DNA of 38,963 bases from Octopus bimaculoides (lineage: Eukaryota). Positions 10,646 to 21,904 of this stretch are shown here, piece by piece. Location: NCBI RefSeq assembly GCF_001194135.2, contig NC_068992.1, positions 20,125,440-20,164,402 of the forward strand, given 5' to 3'. How positions within the stretch are numbered: position 1 is the stretch's first letter; every line of letters begins with the position of its first letter. The notes under the pieces were generated by a model. The model made no database searches, was not told the DNA's origin, and worked only from the letters and a program-made list of their open reading frames with translations. The position numbers and the translations under genes were made by a program.

Positions 10646-11865
10646 CAGGGGTTGGACAAATCATTGGGACATTTATTTAATATGGAGTCGGTCCTCCTTT
10701 AGCTTTCTGAAAGCTTCGATCTAGGAATTGATTCATACAGCTTCCTGACTTGAGAGGAATCTTGAGCCATTCGTCCCGCAAATCCTGCTCCAGTTATTGG
10801 AGACACGATGGTGGAGAGTAACCTCTTCTAAATTGTCGCTCCGAGATGCACCAGAGATACAAAATAATATTAAGATCTGGAGATTGAGGGGCCACTCCAT
10901 GTGTTGTTAGCTCACTATTATGCTCTTCATAGCAATTCTTAACCACAGGAGGAGTGTGTTTTGGAGCATTGTGATCTAAGAAGCTGCACTTAACAACAGC
11001 GAATAATGTCTGGACCATGGAAAGGACTTGATTTCCCCCAAATATTCAAATAATCATTGCTGTTGATCTTACCATGCAGGGCAACGATTGGACCGAAAGA
11101 ACTCCATGAAACGGCCGCCCAAGCCATCTCAGACCGCCCTCGGTGCTTCACTATAGGAAAAAGGCAGTCGGGATTAAAAGCTATCCCGGGTTGCCTCCAC
11201 GCATAAATCCGCCCTACAGCGGGGAAAAGAGAAACACTGGACTTGTCGGAGAATATTACTAGCTTCTATTTGACTGTCGACCAGCACTTGTGATCAGCCT
11301 TTTCTGAACATTTTGATAAAAAAGCAGGGGTTCCTTGATGGCGGCTCTTCCATAATATCCGGCCTTATTGAGCTCACAGCAAACAGTTTTAGTCGAAGCT
11401 GGGCTAGTCAGGTGTTGATTCAACTCTGCAGTCACTTTAGAGGCAGATGTCCGGTGATTTTTCATCAAAATGCGATTCGAAACTCGTCGGTTTCTTTCAG
11501 TGGGCTTCTAAGTCCTGTCGGACTTATTCCACCTGCAGGAGGTTTTGCCCTGCTTTTCAAATTCAGTCATGATCTTTCATATGGTAGCTCTCGAAATACC
11601 AGGGAGTTCAGCTGTTCTGGTGTTGGGAGCTCCTACTATTCGAGCTCCGAGAATTTACCTATTTTCGAACTCAGTGATGTCACGCACCTTAGATTAATTC
11701 ATACTACAATTTGAATAAGAGATAGAAATAATCATTAAATTAGATAAATAACACCATCAACAATACAAAAAGCCCCACTCACAATGAAATTTGGATGGAT
11801 ATTCGTTATATAATGGCTCGTTGTAAAATTGGAATTAAATTTCTATTGTTCTAATTATTTTGTCC
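10646..11865 (-). mobile_element. Near full-length Tc1/mariner DNA transposon, DD36E (Incomer-like), ~1.23 kb
   Basis: Left end TA|CAGGGGTTGGACAAATCATTGGGACA at 10644-10671. The matching right TIR TGTTCTAATTATTTTGTCC at 11847-11865 runs into the N gap. A transposase pseudogene lies between them. Confidence 0.9.
10677..11687 (-). pseudogene. Tc1-like transposase pseudogene (HTH + DDE domain; stops and frameshifts)
   Basis: Reconstructed across frames: VRDITEFENR*ILGARIVGA...AELPGISRATI*KIMTEFEKQGKTS...TERNRRVSNRILMKNHRTSASKVTAELNQHL...STKTV..ELNKAGYYGRAAIKEPLL...VIFSDKSS...GRIYAWRQP...FNPDCLFPIVKH.GRSEMAWAAVSW...GPIVALHGKINSNDYLNI...MVQTLF...FLDHNAPKHT...QSPDLNIILYLW...PPS...KAKGGPTPY*. The second D (now H) and the E (now L) are mutated. 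Confidence 0.92.
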
Positions 11866-13073
11866 NNNNNNNNNNNNNNNNNNNNNNNNNNNNNNNNNNN
11901 NNNNNNNNNNNNNNNNNNNNNNNNNNNNNNNNNNNNNNNNNNNNNNNNNNNNNNNNNNNNNNNNNNNNNNNNNNNNNNNNNNNNNNNNNNNNNNNNNNNN
12001 NNNNNNNNNNNNNNNNNNNNNNNNNNTATATATATACGTAAATATATATAGTAGGCAATGAGCACAAAAATGGGGATTATACAGAAAGGACAAGATTTTT
12101 AAAATGTATTAGTTAAATGCGAAAAAAAGAAAAAGAAAGTCATTTAACTTTTCGGATTCTCTACTTGATCAGAAAAGTGATGTAAAAGAAAAAAACATAA
12201 AAGGAAAAGGCAAAGCAATAAATGAAAAATTGCGATATGAACAAAATAAATAACAGGTAAGGCTTAGTTCTAAATGGTTTTGTATAGGGGCGTTAGGTAG
12301 GAGGAATGAGGGGGAAATGATTTGTGCATGTGTTCGAGGGGAAGGGAGGTGTGTATGAATGTTATTATGGAATGAATGTCGTTTGTTGTTGTGTGAAATA
12401 GTATAACTGAGTATATTGGTGTGAGATATTGGCCGGGGTATACGAAAATGGTGTGTGGGAGTATCCGTATTGAATGTCAGATCAAATCATTATGATATGG
12501 TGAAGGTGGTGACCACGAGCGTATCATAACCTGGGGATACTCAGTGTTTGAGAGTATTTCTTCATCTTCTTTTGACTCGGTCGTAGTTGCCACCAGACAT
12601 TTTTAATGTTTCCAATCGCAAATATAAGTCCAATAATTCAATGATTTATTGTGTATATTTAATATAAATGTAGGATTCTTTACATGTCTCCCTTAATCAT
12701 TTCTCTTAACGAATCCTTTTAATTAAGCAAATTCCTCTAGGCCATAAACCTTCTCAACTTTCCTTTTAAATATCTAGGACTGTTGTAGTCAATGTAGGGC
12801 AACTTCAAAATTGATGATTTCTTCTGAGGTGAAGAGTATAAACCCCCCCCNNNNNNNNNNNNNNNNNNNNNNNNNNNNNNNNNNNNNNNNNNNNNNNNNN
12901 NNNNNNNNNNNNNNNNNNNNNNNNNNNNNNNNNNNNNNNNNNNNNNNNNNNNNNNNNNNNNNNNNNNNNNNNNNNNNNNNNNNNNNNNNTATTCAATGCC
13001 CCCCCCCCTCAAAAAACCCAACAGAAGGGTTATATTTTGCTTTACTCTGCCTTCTTCTGTCATTCTAACTGCG

Positions 13074-13076
13074 GCA

Positions 13077-13107
<31 letters not shown>

Positions 13108-13118
13108 GCACATGCATA
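13074..13118. repeat. Alternating purine-pyrimidine tract (CA)n(CG)8
   Basis: GCACACA...CACGCGCGCGCGCGCGCGCACATGCATA; (CG)8 at 13093-13108. Confidence 0.9.
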
Positions 13119-13519
13119 AGAACACAGGGAAATGTGAAGACGACTGAATATTTTGCTGATTCATTGCAGCAATTTGTAAATAAATTCTAGCATAAATATT
13201 AGCATAAACGAGAAAATACGAGAGAACCATCATTGACATTGTCATATTATTCAACAATCTTTCCTAAACCATTATGATATTTATCATACTAGCTATATAA
13301 ACTTTGGTTGACAAAATCACTGACATATTCGTGAAGCAAATATTCTAGAAAAAATTATATTTCTGTTATATGAAGGCCAATAATTGAATGTTTTTATTTT
13401 TTTGTATCGACCTCTTAAAACATGAAATGTCATTTGTGTGTAGTATGTAAATTCATAACATTATTCGCACTGTAAGTCATCTTGGCCGATGGTCTATACA
13501 TTCTGTCGGTCCAATGTAG

Positions 13520-13605
13520 TGATGATGATGATGAGGAGGAGGAGGAGAAGGAGCAGGATGATGACGATGATGATGTTGACGATGATGATGATATTGATGA
13601 GGATC
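13520..13605. repeat. Degenerate (GAT)n/(GAG)n microsatellite
   Basis: Direct reading. It gives the poly-D/E ORF 13482-13682. Confidence 0.9.
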
Positions 13606-13902
13606 ATTATAAGGACCTTGAAATTGAAGTGTTCAAAATGTGGGTTGCTAATTTAGGGAAGACAATGCCACTAGTAATTTGAGTGTTCTGAACGATTAAA
13701 ATCTATATGAAAGGAAACATAATATCCATATCGAGGCTTACAACCACTACACAGAACCCAAAATATTGTTACGCTTGGATTAACACATATCTTACGCTTA
13801 TTACTATCAATCCAACGCATAAGCACAAACAGATCAATCGTAGTGCACTACTCACTCATTTTACAAGTACCTTATAATCTAGCTATGCAAGGTATGTTAT
13901 AA

Positions 13903-14124
13903 AAGGCGTCGAGCTGGCAGAGTCGTTAGCACCCCGCGCGAAATGCTTAGCCGTATTTCGTCTGCTGTTACGTTCTTAGTTCAAATTCTGCCGAGGTCGA
14001 CTTTGCTTTTCATACTTTCGGGGTCAATTAAATATGTATAAGTTACGCACTGGGGTCGATGTAATCGACTTAATCTATTTGTCTGTCCTTGTTTGCCCCT
14101 TTGTGGGCAATAAATAAATAAATA
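13903..14124 (+). mobile_element. tRNA-derived SINE type B, full-length, tail variant 2
   Basis: AAGGCGTCGAGCTGGCAGAGTCGTTAGC (A-box-like)...GTTCAAATTCT (B-box-like, ~13979)...GAGGTCGACTTTGC...CACTGGGGTCGATGTAATCGACT...TTGTTTGCCCCTTTGTGGGCAATAAATAAAT. Confidence 0.88.
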
Positions 14125-15801
14125 TATGCTATACATGATTTGAGGCCCAATGAAATAATACAACGCATATTGCACATACCGCCCAAAACAGGATAAACAC
14201 CAATTCAACAAGAAACTAAAGCATCATCACAAAATGAACTGATGCAATACAGCAACAGGATCGTCTCACCCATACCTCATCAAAAGAACAACACGGTATC
14301 TCACATACCTCGAGAACATGGCGGTGCAGTGGAAACTCGCATGTAACAACCGAAGGAAAATAAAGCAACTAAGTTATAATGAAATACATAATTTGCTTCA
14401 GTCAAACTGAGACTCGTATAGTAAAGGGGCATAAGTACATAGCTAACATCGATGTTAAGATATGTTTTCAGAAAAATCGAAGTCACAATGAAATCAAACA
14501 AATGAAAAGGTAACTGTAACTTTCATATGAGAATTATAATTTGTCAGAGGATGTATGGTGTAGCGATTACTACTGAGATGTAACATAAAAGAAGTTATCA
14601 GTTCTTTTAGCGGAAATTTCTACCTGTATCGATTTTCCATTCCGCAGTGGTTTCCTCTAAACTCGTAGTGCAGGAGTGGTTGCTGTTTCATCTTAGTTTA
14701 CTTATTACTCGAGTGTAAACAGAATATAATTTCAATCATATGCATGTGCGTATATCTGTGTGTTTTTTATATTTATATGTTACGACACGCCTCTGATATG
14801 AAATAAACTTCTAGTATGCAAATGAGGAGCACCAGTTCTCTGAAGTTATAACATTTGATGTGTATATAAACATAGACTTTACCTGTTTCTCTTGAATTAG
14901 CCTACTGATGTAGACACCTTTTATGAGACCCAATTTAAGGGTCGAAAATCGATTAAGGTTGTTTATCTTCTAACTGCGGAGATATGTGTAACATTTACAT
15001 ATTTGTACGTGTACAGCATAACGCACACATACATATAAATGAATTTAATGATTCCACTAAATTATATATGGTTGTGCTTTATTGTATACAGTAATTCGAA
15101 AATTTCGAATGACGTGATAAATAAAAATGCAAATACATAAGCTTATCTCCAATCCTGTTATCATCAAGAATGTGCCTAAGAAATGATATCATCTGTATAT
15201 TTTGTCTGTTTTCTTTCAGTGCTCTGTAGGAAATTATATTCACTGATTTATATTCCTTTAAACATCAACCACTAGCGTCGAGTAATGATACGTGAATCCA
15301 TGGGATAATCCTGTATATCTCATGGACTGTTATTGTCTAAATAGATGTTATTACCTTCGAAATAGGTTTTGCATTAAGTTTCAATTTGGAGACACTTTAG
15401 TTCGTAGGCGAAAGAAAAGCTGGGGACCTTAAGTAATGCAATATGCATTGTTCATTAGAGTCAACGTTACCGTTTTTTCATTCCCCTCAAAATTTCAGGC
15501 CTTGTACCAGACTTCGAAAGAAAATACACACACTCTCCAATATGCATGAAAATATACTATATATCACGTAATATTTGTAACTTGAATTAAGTGAGTGTCG
15601 TCTAACGCTAACTAGACAGTGTCTTGATAAAGTGTTTTGGCAATGGTAGTGTGATAATTTCATTTATACATTCTATGTTCGTCTATGAAATATTATAATA
15701 CAGTGCAGCGAATATCATTTTGCACTAAATAGTGGAGATATATGACAACATTGTCTGAAATTATTCTATAAATGTTAAGGCGCTCCAATTATTCAGTACG
15801 C

Positions 15802-15843
<42 letters not shown>

Positions 15844-16664
15844 ACCATTTATGAATGAAACAAAATGGTTTTATCTGCGTAGTATTTTTTAGCCGAAGAG
15901 CCATATATACGTTATATGGAAATTGAACTGTTCAGTCTTCTTAAGTAAATGTGAGATTTATGTGATATCCCTAGAGGTATTTAAAAAAGGCTGTTCGGTG
16001 GATGCTGATATACCAGTAAAATGTTTAATCTGGAATAGCTGTACAACCCATTAACACCAGTCTGTACGTACAGCTTATTTAATATCGCTCTTTTAGTGAA
16101 TGTTTGTCTTACGGATAGCGTCTTTCAGCATCGGTCTTCTAGGATTAGGAAACCTCAACAAAAATTCTAGTATGTAGTAGAATGCGACGGAAATAACAAC
16201 CTGACTTGCACCTAGATTATCTCCTTTACTGATTTCAAAACCGACAGACGTGACCTCAGCCTCTTTGATATTGATAGACTATTCACACAATGGAGCAAAA
16301 TTCATCCTTTCTTACACATGATTTGGCGCATGAAAGATATGCAAATTTGCAACTGCAAGAAAGGCTGTCATGTCGCATAGACGAAAGCATGTCGGGACCC
16401 GATATTTTAAAGTTTACGTAAACCTCTTGCTGCCTCTGTATTTGTCCGTTACTCTCTGAAAGGATAACTTTTGTATTTTCTCATTCTTTCATCTTCTACG
16501 ATTTCCATTACTTTTATGAGGTGAAGTGTTGCTAAACACGTGCCTGTATAGACACATACATACATATATACATGCACACATGCATACACACACGCATACA
16601 CACGCACAGTTGTGTGCACACACAAATATATGTATGTATTGATATATATCTATTGATATATATA

Positions 16665-16765
<101 letters not shown>

Positions 16766-18360
16766 GTAAATCAAATAGATTCCACATTAAATTCGATAAA
16801 ACGTTCAATTCAAAACAAAAATCCTTTTTTCTGATAAAAATAAATGAAATTTTAACAGCTTATAAATAGCAATTAATATGTGAATTAGAGTAAATTATTC
16901 TCTTAGGAAACAAACCGGATATTTAAATATAATTCCCATTGCTGATACATATTTTACGTATTATAAAACGTTAGTTTCAAGGTTTATTTCGTTAGAGATT
17001 AACATTCTAGCTATTAATGCTTTTAGATCGTCAATAAACTCTCAATAAAATATTAAAATTCGAATATATTTCAAATAAAATCAATCATTGAAATTTTAGC
17101 GGAACAGCGTCACCTAGCGAGAAAAATATTACGGTTTCTGTTTAGATTTCGGTGTAGGCAACTGCATAATTGCTTAAACTCTCAGAAGGAATACTTGATT
17201 GGTCATATATTTCTCACTCCTGAATAACGATGTTTATTGCGAAAATCCAATTTAATATGTTTAATGAAATCCAATAATAGATTTATTCAGTGAAATGTGC
17301 ATTCAGTTTTCTATCCCTGAAATACATTTCTCTAAAATTGTCCAAATTGAAATATTTCTTCAAAATTCTCACGCGGTCTTGCGCTTATTTATTTAATCAT
17401 GCACATAATTACATTGTAATTTATTATAATTACAAATTGTTGTGAAACTTGATTTTAAAATTGTGTGAGTGTGTATGTTAATGCGTGTGTATGTATGTTT
17501 CTGCGCGCGTGTGTATGTGTGTATCAGTGTATGAGTGAGTGTATGTATGTATCTGTGTCTGTGTGAGTATGCGCTTGCATCTGGTTAGGTGGTGCGCAAG
17601 GGCACGTATGAAATAATGTTTATCTCGAAATTAAAATATTAGGTTTTATTATGTAAACGGTTCTGTAGTCTTAATATATGTCTCTATAGCGTTAACAGCT
17701 GCTCCTTCAAACGTGTCATAATGACGAAACAAATTCTCAATTTCATATTTTTTATTAATTAATTTTCCCTTTTCTATTTCTTTATTAGTCAGTTATGTTT
17801 CGTAACGATGAATAACGTTCCTAATCTGTCATAGCATTATTGTTGTTCCTTAGCCGTCCTGACTGCTAACAGTTGACTTCATAATCTGGATGATGTGGTA
17901 ATTACATTCACCAAGATGTTTGCCGCCCATTACAAAATATAAATGTGAGTCAACCACAGCACTAATAGTAAATTGAACTATTTCTGAGATGGAAATTCTA
18001 CAAGTACTAGTAGTGTCGCTAAAAAAATTCTAAATGGACATCAAAAACTCGATTAATCTGCAACACACTAACACTTTCAAGTGTACGTGTACACATATAG
18101 ACATGGGTGTGTGAGCATGTGTGTGTGTATGTGTTGTGTGTGTGAGTGTATGAATCTGGAAGGGAAATATATTGAATAAGATCATACTTAACTGGTCATC
18201 ATATATTTCCTTTTCCCCCAAACCAGGAACATTTCAGCACCCCCTCGTATGTATATATATGCACACATACACATATACACACGCATATACACATACACAT
18301 ACACTCACACACACACACATATTCATGCTCATACACACGCACACGCGCACAGACACACAA

Positions 18361-18394
<34 letters not shown>

Positions 18395-18573
18395 TATTTG
18401 TGAGAACATGAGAGACGTGGGATGGAGAGTCGCACAACAGGTCACAGGTGTGTGCGGAAAAATTTCCAGACTATGGACATCAATTAAGAAGAGTAATAAA
18501 AAAGTAAAAAAACGCGCGCACATGTATGTGCGTGTGTGTGTGTCTGTGTATGCGTGTGTTAGTATGTACATAT

Positions 18574-18780
18574 CCTTTATCTTTTATTTACTTTAGCTAG
18601 TAGACCACGGCCATGTTGGGGGCACCGCCTTGAAAAATTTTAGTCGGAAGAACCGTTACCATTTATTCATATTCTTAAATTCTGATACTCATTCTATGGG
18701 TCTCCATCGCCTAATCACTAAGCTAAGGGCGCGTGAACACACTGAAACCGGTAGCCAATCTGTGACAGGGTACAAACAGA
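18574..18780 (-). mobile_element. SINE type A, 3' half
   Basis: Reverse complement contains TTTGTACCC...CCGGTTTCAGTGTGTTCACG...ATAGAATGAGTA...CGACTAAAATTTTTCAAGGCGGTGCCCCCAACATGGCCG...TAAAAG. Confidence 0.75.
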
Positions 18781-18790
18781 TATTAATATA

Positions 18791-19012
18791 TGTTTGTGTG
18801 TGTTTGTTTGTGTGTCTGTGTTTGTCCCCCACCATCGTTTGATAACCGATGTTGGTGTGTTTATGTCCCCATAACATATCAGTTCGGCAAGAGATCTATA
18901 GAATAATACTAGGCTTACAAAGCACAAGTCCTGGTGTCGATTTGTTCAACTAAAGGCGGAACACCACCAAAGTGCAGAGAAAGAACTGAAACAAATAAAA
19001 GAATAAAAGAAT
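18791..19012 (+). mobile_element. SINE type A, 3' half
   Basis: GTTTGTCCCCCACCATCGTTTGATAACCGATGTTGGTGTGTTTATGTCCCCATAAC...TAGAATAATACTAGGCTTACAAAG...GTCGATTTGTTCAACTAAAGGCGG...ACTGAAACAAATAAAAGAATAAAAG. Confidence 0.85.
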
Positions 19013-20848
19013 AGTCATATAGTATGTGTGTGTGCGTGTGTGTGTGTGTGTGTGTATATGTATGTGTGCGCGCGTGTGTGTGTGTGTGTGTGTGTGTGTT
19101 TGTGTTGTACGTGTACATTTATAGTGTATGTGTCTATGTATGCATTTCTGGTTTGACATATCATTTTACAATATCAAACAGTAATTTGATATATAAATAT
19201 GTTACAACACTGTTTGCCTTTAACTTGATTTTAGATAAATATATTAAATGACATATTTTATATTATTCATATGATATTACAACAGATTATTAAGAAAGGC
19301 TTGATTTTTCATTTATAGCGGGCCGTATTATTTCCTATGTAGGAATTATATTAATAAAGACAGTGGTGTTTCACTTTCTCTATGATACTAGTTCTCCTTC
19401 GCATAGGACTTCACTGTCGAAGTTGAATACTATACGAATCTTCACCTTAAAAAAAACCAACGAGTTTTCTGTTGGCATCATTAAACTATCTGTACCTAAT
19501 AGTCTGTGGTTGAGTCTATGATAAGCTGCATTTTTTTATACGTGGAAACTATTAATGTTATATTGCATCCCATAACTCGTGTACGTTCAATATTCGAACG
19601 CTGTCATTCTTCAGTTTTTTCTTTTCTGCCAAATAGACAGATGTCCAATAGAAAGTTAAAGCCAGTCTCTTAAAAGGCAAATGCTGCTGTTAAGCAGAAG
19701 TACATACCCTAAGTTAGATGTGTTGGTTACCACAAGTGGAACGTTTTATATTGTGTTTGGTCTCTATCAAAGTTGAAATGACGCTAACAACGATTGAGAT
19801 GCTAAACACGGCAAAACACAGGGCCAGACTTAAGCCAATCTGGCCGATTGTGGTGCTCAAGAGGCTACGTTCTGTTATGAACCCCAATTTTCTTTATCGT
19901 GTCACAGAATCTTCATTTGCAAACGCTTTACTTCCAGTTAAGTTTTTTTTAAGATGTTATCGATTTTGCATAAAATATATTTCTAAGTTTTTCAACGTAT
20001 ATTTTATTATTAAGTCAGATATTTCTTCATATAATTCAGCATATGCATTAGTTATTTTAGTTTTACATTAATATTTCATTATTATGTAAATAATTCAAAG
20101 CAACCTTTATATTCTTTGTTATGATTCTTTGCCCCCGGAAAATCTTTGATATTATTTTTCGATGTAAATATATAAAATCCACATGGGTCTTTAGATATTA
20201 TTACCTTTAGGTAATTCTTCGATTGATTTGTCACATATGATATTCTTAAATCTTAAATACGCTCTGATATCGAATTCCCTACACAGCATAAATTATTCGC
20301 TTTACGGTAACATATCTTTACTTCCTATTTTCCGTACGACAGAAATATGAGTAGAGAAGTAACACACGCATTCATATCCACACATACATACACACACACA
20401 CGCAAATAGTTATATATCTTTGTGTGACATCTTTTGTCAATATATCTGTTTTAACTCACCATTCTGTGATATTTATCGTCAATCTGTATTTCATTTTAAA
20501 GCGCAAAAGAAATATTTTCTGACAATCTAAGAAATAGCGAACACCAGTAATTAGGTTTACAGCTTGCTAAATGCATTGTTACAAATATGACAGAAACACT
20601 GTATTTCTTATGTCATGTGTGAATCTTATTATGCGTATTTTGAAGAAATATGCTTTCTACAATGCTATCACAAAAGATAGCTATAATAGTAGATAAACAC
20701 AGAAATCGGAGATAGCAAAATAATTCGATTTTCACGTGTGCAATTATTGTATATAAATAGAGTATTAAGAAATTACCTATCGCTTCAGAAAATATCCACA
20801 CATGTGCATACACGCGTCTAAGTATATGCAAATATAAATAAACACAAT

Positions 20849-21062
20849 GGCGGCGAGCTGGCAGAAACGTTAGGAGGCTGGGCGAAATGCTTAGGTGAAT
20901 TTCGCCTGTCTTTATGTTCTGAGTTCAAATTCCGCCGAGGTCGTCTTTGCCTTTCATCATTTCTGGATCGATAAATTAAATTCCAGTTGCGTACTGTGTC
21001 GATCTAATCGACTGGTTTCATCCCCCAAAATTTCGGGCCTTGTGCCTAAAGTAAAAAAGAAT
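20849..21062 (+). mobile_element. tRNA-derived SINE type B, full-length, tail variant 1
   Basis: GGCGGCGAGCTGGCAGAAACGTTAG...GTTCTGAGTTCAAATTCCGCCGAGGTCG...CCAGTTGCGTACTG.GTCGATCTAATCGACTGG...AAAATTTCGGGCCTTGTGCCTAAAGTAAAAAAGAAT. Confidence 0.9.
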
Positions 21063-21069
21063 AAAAATA

Positions 21070-21252
21070 AGCACAGAAGGTAAGTAGCTTGTTTACTAGC
21101 CACAAGGATCCGGATTCAGTCCAACTGCGTGACACCTTGGGCAAGTGTCTTCTACTATAGCCTTAGGCTGACGAAAGCCTTGTGAGTGGATATGGTAGAC
21201 GGAAACTGAAAGAAGCTTGCCGTATATGTATATGTATATGTANNNNNNNNNN

Positions 21253-21286
<34 letters not shown>

Positions 21287-21433
21287 ATTTGTTTATATGT
21301 ATGTGTCGACAAGCGATGTTGGTGTGTATACGTCCTCGTAACTTAGCGGTTCGGCAAAATACACTGATAGAATAAGTACTAGGTTTACATAGAATAAATC
21401 TGTTAGACTAAAGGCGGTGCGTCAGCAGTTGTC
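21070..21433 (+). mobile_element. SINE type A
   Basis: GTAAGTAGCTTG...CACCTTGGGCAAGTGTCTTCTACTATAGCC...GCCTTGTGAGTGGAT..GGTAGACGGAAACTGAAAGAAG, a central (TA)/(GT) repeat, then GATGTTGGTGTGTATACGTCCTCGTAACTTAGCGGTTCGGCAAAA...TAAAGGCGGTGC. Confidence 0.9.
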
Positions 21434-21772
21434 AATGGGGCTTAGTTTGGTGGTAGTATAGCCCGTTTCATGGAACTGGTCTGATCTCTATAAGCTTCCA
21501 GAGTTGCGACCGATTCGCTGCACCAAAGAAATTCTATTAGGGTTTTTAATTTCTGAGTCAATGAAAGCATTTTCAACAACAACGAGCAATACCAAATGAG
21601 GTTTTTAATGAGCGGGCTATAATGACAAAATGAAGTTCACCTCAGATACTAAGCTCAATATATCCCTGACGTTTCTCACCCGCACGAAGAAGCACATAAT
21701 GACGCATTATATGAATTCCGATAGGACGTTTCTATACAATGTGGTCGGATGGTCATGGCAGCTATGTAGATA

Positions 21773-21788
21773 TGTGTGTGTGTGTGTA

Positions 21789-21841
<53 letters not shown>

Positions 21842-21862
21842 AGGGAGAGAAATATAGATTGG

Positions 21863-21903
<41 letters not shown>
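21773..21903. repeat. Compound (GT)n(AG)n(GATA)n microsatellite
   Basis: Direct reading. Confidence 0.96.

Positions 21904-21904
<1 letters not shown>

Noticed and set aside
11313-11714. 133-aa plus-strand ORF
   Set aside because: Antisense shadow of the Tc1-like transposase.
13482-13682. Acidic D/E-rich ORF
   Set aside because: (GAT)/(GAG) microsatellite with a TTG start.
15190-15305. Strong-looking plus-strand acceptors (15219; also 22435, 24301, 26694)
   Set aside because: The putative exons cannot be joined into a coherent recognisable protein; pyrimidine-tract+AG is common in AT-rich DNA.
16290-16421. 43-aa plus ORF MEQNSSFLTHD... and its Cys-containing antisense frame
   Set aside because: Short, no motif, and within chance expectation.
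19725-19900. Minus-strand hydrophobic frame (SLLSTTIGQIGLSLALCFAVFSISIVVSVISTL...)
   Set aside because: Bounded by stops, with no ATG, no good splice sites and no recognised family.
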